Below, one piece after another: positions 1 to 7,254 of a stretch of DNA of 10,059 nucleotides. A model generated the notes under the pieces. It worked only from the letters and a program-made list of their open reading frames with translations, was not told the origin of the DNA and did no database searches. The stretch spans positions 1-10,059 of the forward strand of contig CAVXVG010000008.1 in NCBI GenBank assembly GCA_963765145.1, given 5' to 3'. Both the position numbers and the translations under genes were made by a program. Within the stretch, counting starts at the first letter, position 1; every line of letters begins with the position of its first letter. The DNA is from Parachlamydiales bacterium (GTDB lineage Bacteria > Chlamydiota > Chlamydiia > Chlamydiales > JAJFMK01).

Positions 1-429
1 TGCGGTCGCAGGCGCATCAAGCGGAAGTGGATCTACGATCGCTCAAACTTTAACAACTACCGGCAGCTCATCTGGAACTGCAACATATACCATTACCCCA
101 ACTTCTCCTCGGGATGTTCAGGTTCGCCTATTGTTGCCATAGTCACTGTTCAGCCAACAGAACCACCTACGAATTTTCATGGTGAAATTCAATATAATCA
201 GTTTTTAACGCAAGAAGAGTTTATTCACCTTTTATCCTGGAATGCCAGTGATGATCCGAATGTAATAGGATATAAGATACTTCAAGACAACAAGTTAATT
301 AATACAATTGATAACAGAAACACTGACAAACTAAATTTGTATAATAGGATGAAGAATAAAGTGTATCACTATGGAATCGTGGCTTTTACTGCATCTGGCG
401 AAAGCCAACCTGTGACACTAAACTTATAA
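1..429 (+). CDS. 3' part of a secreted/surface protein: PKD/Ig-like repeat followed by a C-terminal FN3-like domain; probable frameshift near 105-111; truncated at the window edge
   Basis: Frame 2 reads AVAGASSGSGSTIAQTLTTTGSSSGTATYTITPTS. Frame 1 continues GCSGSPIVAIVTVQP, together matching a PKD-like repeat pattern, then TEPPTNFHGEIQYNQFLTQEEFIHLLSWNASDDPNVIGYKI...YHYGIVAFTASGESQPVTLNL to TAA at 427-429 (FN3-like W/Y/Y pattern). Manual translation; absent from the ORF track. Confidence 0.7.
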   Translation, partial: CGRRRIKRKWIYDRSNFNNYRQLIWNCNIYHYPNFSSGCSGSPIVAIVTVQPTEPPTNFHGEIQYNQFLTQEEFIHLLSWNASDDPNVIGYKILQDNKLINTIDNRNTDKLNLYNRMKNKVYHYGIVAFTASGESQPVTLNL

Positions 430-434
430 ACAGC

Positions 435-513
435 CAATAAAAGGGGCCAGGCCTCGAGATTTTGCGATTAATAAATTGTTCCGCAAGTGCTCCCGCGCAT
501 GCGTGAAGGGAAA
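435..513 (+). repeat. Two adjacent short repeat blocks, A (about 435-474) and B (about 476-513), which recur at 5522-5564 and 5313-5350
   Basis: Block A: ccaataaaaggggccaggcctcgagattttgcgatta vs ccaatgaaaggggccgcgcctcgagatcctgcgatta. Block B: ttccgcaagtgctcccgcgcatgcgtgaagggaa vs ttccgcaaacgtgcttcgcacatgcgtgaaaggaa. Confidence 0.75.
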
Positions 514-518
514 TGGCC

Positions 519-656
519 TTATTTTTGCCCCTTAACCTGGGGCGTTGCCCACAGGCTGTTGCAACTATCCGGCTTTCAGCCGAAAAATCTTTATATACGT
601 TTTCATTGACCTGTAAGGCTAAAATTGCAACAGCCCATAGCAACTCCATGGGTAAA
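519..656. repeat. REP/REPIN-like palindromic repeat; partial inverted copy of 7054-7192
   Basis: Aligns closely by eye with the reverse complement of 7054-7192 (cccttaacctggggcgttgcccRcaggctgttgcaactatccggctttcagccg...). Contains internal hairpins and imperfect inverted arms. Confidence 0.85.
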
Positions 657-879
657 AGCCTCCACTTATTGAGCTGCCTGGAGAGGCAACAAGCTCTGCA
701 TGATGCCTGAAGGGGGAAGGGGATTTGCATTATCGCAAAATCTTAGGCACGACCCCTTGGATTTAAATAATTTATAATTAAATCAACCAGCCCACAAAGT
801 TGCAAAAGATAGCGACCACGATCCCCCACAAAGTCAAGAATGATCCTAGATTGCACACTGAGAAAACTCCCCTACAGGA

Positions 880-918
880 ATATTCCTATTGCAGAATATT
901 CATTATAACGAATATAAA
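880..918 (+). promoter_or_regulatory. Probable sigma70-type promoter overlapped by two candidate ArsR operator boxes
   Basis: ATATTC-N8-GAATAT occurs at 880-899 and again at 896-915, overlapping TTGCAG (889-894)-N18-TATAAA (913-918). It lies about 70 nt upstream of arsR; AAGGA RBS at about 973-977. Confidence 0.65.
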
Positions 919-986
919 TAGGATTACTTAAGACAATCTCTACTTGGGGTGTTTTTTATTTATACAATGATAAAGGAATTTATACG

Positions 987-1356
987 ATGAAGCTTATTCA
1001 AGTTTATGAGTGCTTTTGCGACGAAACCCGCCTTAGAATTTTAAATTTACTTTCTAAGACCCCCCTTTGTGTCTCTCACTTTCAGCAAGTATTACAGCTG
1101 CCACAGGTAAAAATATCTAAACATCTTTCTTACATGAAAGAACGTGAGATGGTAGTAAGCGACTCGCTTCGAAAATTGGATGCTCTACTCCCTTTCTAAG
1201 AAAAATTGTCATGACCTTGAGAACAACCTTAAATGCTTGCAAGACTGTAGTCAGGAATATCCCATCTTTAATGAAGACTTAAAAAGATTAGAGTCTGTTC
1301 TAGAAGAGATCGGGAAAATCAAAGAAAAAGTTTATCAAAACAAGGAATCTAATTGA
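987..1356 (+). CDS. arsR: ArsR/SmtB-family metalloregulatory repressor, about 122 aa, with a +1 frameshift at about 1158
   Basis: N-terminal part DETRLRILNLL..PLCVSHF...PQVKISKHLSYMKEREMVV is an ArsR winged HTH. Skipping one base continues ATRFENWMLYSL..NLKCLQDCSQEYPIFNEDLKRL.. to TGA at 1354-1356. First gene of an operon ending in acr3. Confidence 0.9.
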
Positions 1357-1358
1357 GA

Positions 1359-2133
1359 ATGAATAAGCATTTCATGAAGTTTATTTTATTTAGCCTACTT
1401 ATTTTTTCAGCCACCCCACGTCTCTTTGCAGAGCAAGGAATGCCTAACATAGAACAAGCAGTTCAAAAAAATAAGCATCTTTTTATCTTTTTTTATAAAG
1501 ATCCGAATGAACGCACCTTGCGATCTCAAAAAGTGTTTGACCAGGTTTCGGAAAAGATCGGGGATCAAGCTGTTTTTGTTAAAGTTAACGCAAGTGACCC
1601 CTCTGAAAATTCTAATCATTGAAAAGTTTAATTTAAAGAGATCTCCAATGCCCTTTGTATTGGTTCTAGCTCCTAGCGGAGCTGTCACAGGAAGCTTTTC
1701 TTCTTCTTTTACAGAGCAACAACTGATTGGCTCTCTTGTATCTCCTGCAATGGCAAGCTGTTTAAAAGCGCTTCAAGACAAGAAGCTTGTCTTTTTGTGT
1801 TTGCAGAACGAACAAACACTCAACAATGCAGCAGCTCTTCAGGGCGTTAAAGATTTTAAGGCAGATTCTCGTTTTGGGAGTGCTGCTGAAATCATCATGA
1901 TTAACCCTTCGGACATTCAGGAACAAAACTTTTTAAGCCAACTTGCCATTGATACACACTCTAATGAAGCAATGACGGTTCTTATTGCTCCTCCAGCTGA
2001 AAAGATAGGTCAGTACAAAGGCGCTACAAGTAAAGATCACTTTATATCTGATTTACAGAATGCCGTATCTGGGTGCTGTGGACCTGGCGGATGCGGACCA
2101 GGCGGTTGCTGTCCTGGTGGAAAATGCAAATAA
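1359..2133 (+). CDS. Secreted protein, about 257 aa, probably with two thioredoxin-like folds lacking CxxC and a Cys/Gly-rich C-terminal tail; +1 frameshift at about 1611
   Basis: Joins ORFs 1353-1622 and 1507-2133 (..VNASDPSEN/LIIEKFNLKRSPMPFVLVLAPSG..). Signal-peptide-like start MNKHFMKFILFSLLIFSATPRLFA. Two similar modules (KNKHLFIFFY..VKVNASDPSE..VLVLAPSG and DKKLVFLCLQ..IMINPSDIQE..TVLIAPPA). Tail GCCGPGGCGPGGCCPGGKCK. The fold assignment is inference. Confidence 0.75.
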
Positions 2134-2144
2134 GGAGAAAATAA

Positions 2145-3365
2145 ATGAAGTTGAATACTTTAGTTTTTCGCGAAATTGTAAAACGTAAAAACAAACTCGT
2201 CACAAGTGGACTTGCTATCATTTTAGGAATTGCAGTGATTGTGACAATAAATACCCTTGCGACTTATTCGGAAAAAGCCGTTGCAAAAGAGCTCGATGCA
2301 TTAGGGGCAAACGTGCTCATTTTACATCCAGATGCAACCTTAGTTGATTATTACAGCGCAGATTTGCAAACAGGTGAGTTGCCAGAAGAATACGTAACGC
2401 TTTTAACAACTTCTAATTTAGAAGGATTGGATAATCTTTCTCCGAAGCTTTCTGTTCCCGTTAACATCAATGACACTCAAGTCACTTTAACAGGAATACT
2501 TCCTAAGAATGAGTTTGAAAGCAAGGCATCCTGGCAAGGCGCTGGTATCTTCTCAAGGCCTAAAAGCTGTGGAAATGTTGCAGACATCTTTGGATTAACA
2601 AATAAGCCCCCTAAAGAGACGTTAGTTCGCAAACGCGTTATTGAAAATTTAGAGTCAGACGAAGTACTTGTCGGTTCGGACATAGCTAGAAAGTTAAAAT
2701 TGCAAGAAGGTCATGAAATTGCGATGCTTGACTCATCTTTTAAAGTATCAGCTGTTCTCCCTCAAACAGGAACTGTGGATGATTCACGTATCTTTGCACA
2801 CTTACATACCGTGCAGGACTTAACTGGTAAGGGTGCTGTAGTTAATGCTATTGAAGTGGTTGGGTGCTGTGAGCAAATCTCTAAAGGACTTATCGCTAAA
2901 ATAAACAACTTAATTCCCGATGCTAAAGTGATCACAATTTCTCAAATTGTTGACACTCAAGTCCGCACAAATCAACTCATGAAGAGCCTCTCTACTCTTT
3001 TTCTAGTTATTATTATTGGGATTGGCGGCGCAAGCATTGCCAATGACATGTACAATAATGTCTATGAAAGGAAAAGAGAAATTGGAACCTTGGTCGCCCT
3101 AGGAGCTAGCTCTTCAACAGTGCTTAAAGTTTTTTTATTGAAGGCATTAGTCTTAGGAATCATCGGGGGCATTGGAGGTTACTTATTAGGCACGATTCTT
3201 GCCATTATTTTAGGTCCTTTAGTAGCAGGTGTTCCCGTGCTTCCTTTGTGGCATTTGTTTCCTTTATCTTTAACGCTTTCAATTGCCATGACACTCATTG
3301 CGAGCTACTTTCCCGCTCGTTATGCAACTCGTCTTGATCCTTCTATTGTTTTACAGGAGCTATAA
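2145..3365 (+). CDS. MacB/FtsX/LolC-E-type (type VII) ABC transporter permease
   Basis: N-terminal TM (LAIILGIAVIV), LGANVL motif, large periplasmic domain, ERKREIGTLVALGAS motif, three C-terminal TMs and PARYATRLDP end. AAGGAG RBS upstream. Confidence 0.93.
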   Translation: MKLNTLVFREIVKRKNKLVTSGLAIILGIAVIVTINTLATYSEKAVAKELDALGANVLILHPDATLVDYYSADLQTGELPEEYVTLLTTSNLEGLDNLSPKLSVPVNINDTQVTLTGILPKNEFESKASWQGAGIFSRPKSCGNVADIFGLTNKPPKETLVRKRVIENLESDEVLVGSDIARKLKLQEGHEIAMLDSSFKVSAVLPQTGTVDDSRIFAHLHTVQDLTGKGAVVNAIEVVGCCEQISKGLIAKINNLIPDAKVITISQIVDTQVRTNQLMKSLSTLFLVIIIGIGGASIANDMYNNVYERKREIGTLVALGASSSTVLKVFLLKALVLGIIGGIGGYLLGTILAIILGPLVAGVPVLPLWHLFPLSLTLSIAMTLIASYFPARYATRLDPSIVLQEL

Positions 3366-3367
3366 CC

Positions 3368-4033
3368 ATGTTAAAAGTTAAAAACGTCAGTAAAATTTAT
3401 AAGAAAGGCAGCCAAGAGGTCAGAGCTATTGATGATGTCTCTTTGACCATTTCAAAAGGTGACTTCGCCTCGATTATTGGTCCTAGTGGAAGTGGGAAAA
3501 GTTCACTGCTTTTGATGCTAGGCGGCATGCTTTCGCCTTCACTCGGGCAAATCCTTGTTGATGAAGACTCTCTCTATGATTTAAATCCAAACGAAAGAGC
3601 TCGCCTTCGCCAAAAGAAAATGGGTTTTGTTTTTCAAACATTTAACTTGATCCCTTACCTTTCAGCGATACAAAACGTTCAGGTTCCCTTATTTTTGAGC
3701 GGAATGGATGAAAAGACTCAAAAAGAAAGAGCTGAGGCTCTATTAGAAAGAGTAGGACTCAGCGATCGGATGGATCATACACCATCTGAGCTCAGTGTAG
3801 GCCAACAGCAGCGCATTGCTCTAGCTAGGATGCTGGCTAATGATCCTGCTATTATTCTTGCTGATGAACCTACGGGAAATTTGGACCCTGAAATGAGCCA
3901 ACATGTGATTAACTTTTTGACAGAACTTAATGAAGAAGGCCGTACCATTGTTTTGGTGACTCATGATATGAATGTTGCCAAAAGAGCAAAACGGACTATC
4001 ACCATTTCTAAAGGCGGAACATTAACTCAATAA
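3368..4033 (+). CDS. ABC transporter ATP-binding protein (LolD/MacB-NBD family)
   Basis: Walker A GPSGSGKS, Q-loop FVFQTFNL, signature LSVGQQQR, Walker B ILADEPTGNLD, H-loop VTHD. Confidence 0.96.
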   Translation: MLKVKNVSKIYKKGSQEVRAIDDVSLTISKGDFASIIGPSGSGKSSLLLMLGGMLSPSLGQILVDEDSLYDLNPNERARLRQKKMGFVFQTFNLIPYLSAIQNVQVPLFLSGMDEKTQKERAEALLERVGLSDRMDHTPSELSVGQQQRIALARMLANDPAIILADEPTGNLDPEMSQHVINFLTELNEEGRTIVLVTHDMNVAKRAKRTITISKGGTLTQ

Positions 4034-4042
4034 AATGAAAAC

Positions 4043-5086
4043 ATGACAGATCGCTTATCATTTCTAGATCGCTATTTGACACTGTGGATTTTTCTGGCCA
4101 TGGCAATTGGAGTCGGAATCGGATATCTCTATCCTAATATCCGCACTGTCATTAATCAATTTCAACATGGAACGACTAACATTCCTATTGCGATTGGCCT
4201 AATTTTAATGATGTATCCACCTCTTGCCAGAGTCAAATATGAAAAGATGGGACAAGTCTTTCGAAATATTAAGGTGCTCAGCCTCTCATTAGTTCAGAAC
4301 TGGTTAATTGGTCCTGTACTCATGTTCTTTTTAGCCATTATTTTTCTCCCCGCTTACCCCGCTTACATGGTTGGCTTGATTTTAATAGGCCTTGCTCGTT
4401 GTATTGCCATGGTGATCGTCTGGAATGATCTGGCGAAAGGAGATAGAGAGTACTGCGCAGGCCTAGTGGCCTTTAATTCTGTTTTTCAAATTCTTTTCTT
4501 CCCCGTTTATGCTTATATTTTCATCACTCTTTTACCCGATTTTTTTGGATTAAAGGGAAGCGTCGTTAACATTTCCATTGGAGAGATTGCTAACAGCGTT
4601 TTTATTTATTTAGGCATTCCTTTTTTAGCAGGCTTGATCACAAGAATTGTAGGAATTAGAACTAAAGGAAAAGAATGGTATGAAAACCGCTTAATGCCCC
4701 TTCTTTCGCCTATCACTTTGATTTCACTTTTATTCACTATCTTAGTGATGTTTTCACTCAAAGGAGAGTACATCGTTCAACTACCCTTTGATGTGATGAT
4801 CATAGCCCTTCCTTTATGCATTTATTTTCTCCTAATGTTCATACTCTCCTTTTATCTGTCCTATAAGGCAGGGGCAAATTATGAGCAGTCAGCCACTTTA
4901 AGCTTTACCGCTGCTTCTAACAATTTTGAGCTTGCGATTGCTGTGGCTATTGCCGTCTTTGGGATTGATTCAGGCCAAGCTTTTGCAGCTGTTATTGGCC
5001 CCTTAGTGGAGGTTCCGGTTTTGATTAGCCTCGTGAGCGTTTCCCTTTGGCTAAAAGCAAAAGTTTTTGATAAAGTTAACTTCTAG
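4043..5086 (+). CDS. acr3: Acr3-family arsenite efflux transporter
   Basis: [36 protein letters not shown] (conserved Cys), [12 protein letters not shown] and GPLVEVP (conserved Glu) motifs; about 10 hydrophobic segments. Confidence 0.97.
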   Translation: MTDRLSFLDRYLTLWIFLAMAIGVGIGYLYPNIRTVINQFQHGTTNIPIAIGLILMMYPPLARVKYEKMGQVFRNIKVLSLSLVQNWLIGPVLMFFLAIIFLPAYPAYMVGLILIGLARCIAMVIVWNDLAKGDREYCAGLVAFNSVFQILFFPVYAYIFITLLPDFFGLKGSVVNISIGEIANSVFIYLGIPFLAGLITRIVGIRTKGKEWYENRLMPLLSPITLISLLFTILVMFSLKGEYIVQLPFDVMIIALPLCIYFLLMFILSFYLSYKAGANYEQSATLSFTAASNNFELAIAVAIAVFGIDSGQAFAAVIGPLVEVPVLISLVSVSLWLKAKVFDKVNF

Positions 5087-5125
5087 GTTTGAGTAGGATA
5101 TACGTCAATTGGCAACGAAAAGCTG

Positions 5126-5165
5126 CATAACCCGCTGGTCCTTGGTTCAAGTCCAAGTTGCCCCA
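5126..5165 (+). tRNA. tRNA 3'-half fragment (not a full tRNA); probable attR of an integrated island; apparent anticodon CAT (Met/Ile2), identity uncertain
   Basis: CAT-AA, anticodon-stem 3' strand CCCGC, variable region TGGTC, T-arm CTTGG-TTCAAGT-CCAAG, acceptor 3' strand TTGCCCC, discriminator A. No D-arm or GCGGG anticodon 5' strand upstream. Confidence 0.85.
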
Positions 5166-5173
5166 CACTTTAC

Positions 5174-5314
5174 ATGTTAAAGTACCTTCTCCCTCTTCTC
5201 TTTTTTGCTGGCTGTGCTTCCCAAAGTTGAGATGAATTTTGCTATGAAAACATCCAAATCAGCCTTGAAGAACGGGAAGCAGAATATGCCCCTCGGACAC
5301 CAGCATTAAAATGA
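5174..5314 (+). pseudogene. Possible small lipoprotein with an in-frame TGA at codon 19
   Basis: MLKYLLPLLFFAGC|ASQS*DEFCYENIQISLEEREAEYAPRTPALK*. Basic N-region, hydrophobic core and lipobox FAGC; no clear RBS. Confidence 0.4.
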
Positions 5315-5360
5315 TTCCGCAAACGTGCTTCGCACATGCGTGAAAGGAAGCTCGCTTCAC

Positions 5361-5435
5361 CAATAAATCATGGATAACTAGACGCGAAATTTCCCCCAAA
5401 TACATGCCAGAAACGAGTTTTTCAAAACGTTGCCC
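5361..5435 (-). pseudogene. Hexokinase gene fragment (Hexokinase_2 domain motif)
   Basis: GQRFEKLVSGMYLGEISRLVIHDLL matches the hexokinase motif FEKMISGMYLGEIVR. A possible upstream SLNP is present in another frame at 5470-5481. The rest of the gene is absent. Confidence 0.75.
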
Positions 5436-5587
5436 ACTAGCCTTCTTCTTAAGCACTCAACATGACATGTGGGTTCAAAGAGAGTTTTTTTCAAGTGCGA
5501 TCTTGCGCGACAGAGCCGAGCCCAATGAAAGGGGCCGCGCCTCGAGATCCTGCGATTATTATAATATTTTCATCCGTATCCGACTTG

Positions 5588-5617
5588 TTGATCTAAAGAA
5601 CAATTATTTGTTATAAT
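5588..5617 (+). promoter_or_regulatory. Putative sigma70 promoter of the kinase-like gene
   Basis: TTGATC (5588-5593)-N18-TATAAT (5612-5617) with an extended -10 TGn; ends 9 nt before the ATG at 5627. Confidence 0.55.
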
Positions 5618-5626
5618 CTTTGTACT

Positions 5627-6871
5627 ATGTCGTCTTCTGTTATTAAAATAAATAATCATCCCACTTGGAATATCCTATTTCAGCCTGATCAACCTGCCGA
5701 TCAATTAAAAGAAGTGGCAAAAAAAGCTCTTTTTTCAGCCAAAGCAAGTGCTCAACACAAATGGCAAGCTGCTAAAGTTTTATGCTCTAAAGAAGATAGA
5801 TATTCAGACAAAAAATTAGGCATCTCTCTTAATTGGGGAGGGGAAAAACAAGCTATCATCATTCATAGAAAAGAAAAAGAGAATGAGATCTTTCTACAGG
5901 AAGGAAGCAATGGAATTGTTTATAAAGTAAAAGCCGATTTAGTTACAGATACAGAAGTTAAGATAATAGAAGTGGCGAAAAAAGTTTTTCATAATTCGCA
6001 GGCATTGAACTCAGCAAAAACCGGAGCTTCCATTCTAGATTGGATATGGAGCTGGTATCCAAAGGATCAAAGCTCCCAGATTATACGCCCCCCAGTAACA
6101 ATTGAGCAAAATCAATACTTCGATTTGTATGAAGGAGATCTTTCCGGACTTTATGAACGTTTAGATCCAAAAGACATTCCCTTTAAAACGATTTACCAAA
6201 GCCTTTCAGCTTCGGCAGAGGCTTTAGATCGCTTGGGAACAGAAGGAACGCTCTACTTCGATTACAAAAGGGAAAATTTACTGTTTAAATTGAAAGATGG
6301 TCAATTAGCTTTCGGCTTTCCTATGACCGACTTTGATGGTGTAGTCAGAATTCCCACAAAAGAAGAAGATCTGATCCCGGATGTTTTAGATGTTTTAATT
6401 GAAATTCACAAAAAGACCCGAAATTGGCCTCCTTCTCCTGCTGCCGAAACGAACGATAAAATTTTTACCATTATTCCCGAAGGTGAATGGAAGAGTCTTA
6501 CTGAACTGATTAAATCAGCTTTAGCAGAAAAAAATACAAAAGAACAACTTAACCTTTTTGGCCAAGCAGTAGAGAAAACGAAAAAAATTCAGACTTTTAT
6601 ATTCGGAATTGCTCTTATTGATACATTTTTAAACTTTGCGCAAGATCCTGATCTGAAAAGCAATGACTGCTTCAAGGCTGGTAAGGTAGGCGTCGTTGGT
6701 TTTTCTGTCGACTCTTTGAAGTTGGCAATCGAGGAAGTAGGGGGCCAAAAGCTCTTTTCTTTGATACAGCAGTTGACACATTTCAGCCCTGATCAAAGAA
6801 CAACACTTCGTCAAGCAGTAGGTGCTTTGCAAGAGCTTGCCGATCTAAAAGACCGCAAGCGAAAAAGATAG
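5627..6871 (+). CDS. Atypical Ser/Thr protein kinase-like protein, candidate secreted effector
   Basis: Gly-loop LQEGSNGIVYKV, VAKK lysine, catalytic loop YFDYKRENLL, DFD in place of DFG, subdomain XI PDQRTT; C-terminal KDRKRKR. Confidence 0.8.
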   Translation: MSSSVIKINNHPTWNILFQPDQPADQLKEVAKKALFSAKASAQHKWQAAKVLCSKEDRYSDKKLGISLNWGGEKQAIIIHRKEKENEIFLQEGSNGIVYKVKADLVTDTEVKIIEVAKKVFHNSQALNSAKTGASILDWIWSWYPKDQSSQIIRPPVTIEQNQYFDLYEGDLSGLYERLDPKDIPFKTIYQSLSASAEALDRLGTEGTLYFDYKRENLLFKLKDGQLAFGFPMTDFDGVVRIPTKEEDLIPDVLDVLIEIHKKTRNWPPSPAAETNDKIFTIIPEGEWKSLTELIKSALAEKNTKEQLNLFGQAVEKTKKIQTFIFGIALIDTFLNFAQDPDLKSNDCFKAGKVGVVGFSVDSLKLAIEEVGGQKLFSLIQQLTHFSPDQRTTLRQAVGALQELADLKDRKRKR

Positions 6872-7001
6872 TTGCCTGGCTTAAATGCCTTGGAGACCTG
6901 TGGCAGACCCGGCCTAGGGGGTTGATTTAAGCAGCTTTTGCAGTCCAATTATTGCTATCAAATTTTGTCCTTAATTCGCGTTAGCGTTTGGAGTGCTAAA
7001 C

Positions 7002-7254
7002 GGCCTTGTTGCATAATCCTGCAGCCCTACAGGCTGCCAATTTTATTCTCCAACTTAACCCAGGGCGTTGCCACTGGGCTGTTGCAGTTTTGGCCTTTCA
7101 GGCCAATGAAATGTGTATAGAGATTTTCCGGCTGAAAGCCGGATAGTTGCAACAGCCTGCGGGCAACGCCCCAGGTTAAGGGCAGAAAATAAAGATGGCA
7201 GCCTGTAAGGCTGCAGGAAAAACGAAAAGCTGATAACAATTATGCAACAAGGCC
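7002..7254. mobile_element. Inner 253-bp MITE with IS5-family IS903-group-like ends
   Basis: Perfect 16-bp TIRs GGCCTTGTTGCATAAT (7002-7017/7239-7254) and a perfect 9-bp direct repeat GTGCTAAAC (6993-7001/7255-7263). The TIR resembles IS903 GGCTTTGTTGAATAA, and IS903 makes 9-bp duplications. Confidence 0.88.
7017..7218. repeat. REP/REPIN-like composite palindrome filling most of the inner MITE
   Basis: Roughly 90-nt imperfect inverted arms (tcctgcagccctacaggctgcca.. / ..tggcagcctgtaaggctgcagga) with internal hairpins such as ccggctgaaagccgg and ggcctttcaggcc, and cccagggcgttgcc motifs. Confidence 0.85.

Noticed and set aside
386..730. ORFs 386-730 (-) and 513-710 (+)
   Set aside because: They run through the repeat blocks and REP-like palindrome. 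Their peptide similarity to the ORFs near 7.0-7.3 kb only reflects the DNA repeat.
757..834. AT-rich near-palindrome with an 11-bp match (ttaaatcaacc, 778-788) to the outer MITE TIR, and a 10-bp direct repeat cccacaaagt
   Set aside because: Too short and AT-rich to support an element call.
2145..4033. Calling the ABC pair lolCDE, macAB or ftsEX
   Set aside because: The fold family fits, but the context, the absence of an adaptor and the cysteine motifs do not support orthology.
5114..5130. aacgaaaagctg(c)ataa also seen at 7221-7236
   Set aside because: Only a 12-bp exact match that may be chance; it does add doubt about whether CAT is the true anticodon.
5087..5165. Complete tRNA, or group I intron-split tRNA (G precedes CAT; GGCAAC at 5111-5116 can pair with GTTGCC)
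   Set aside because: No D-arm or anticodon 5' strand, and only 39 nt separate it from the acr3 stop, leaving no room for an intron core or 5' exon.
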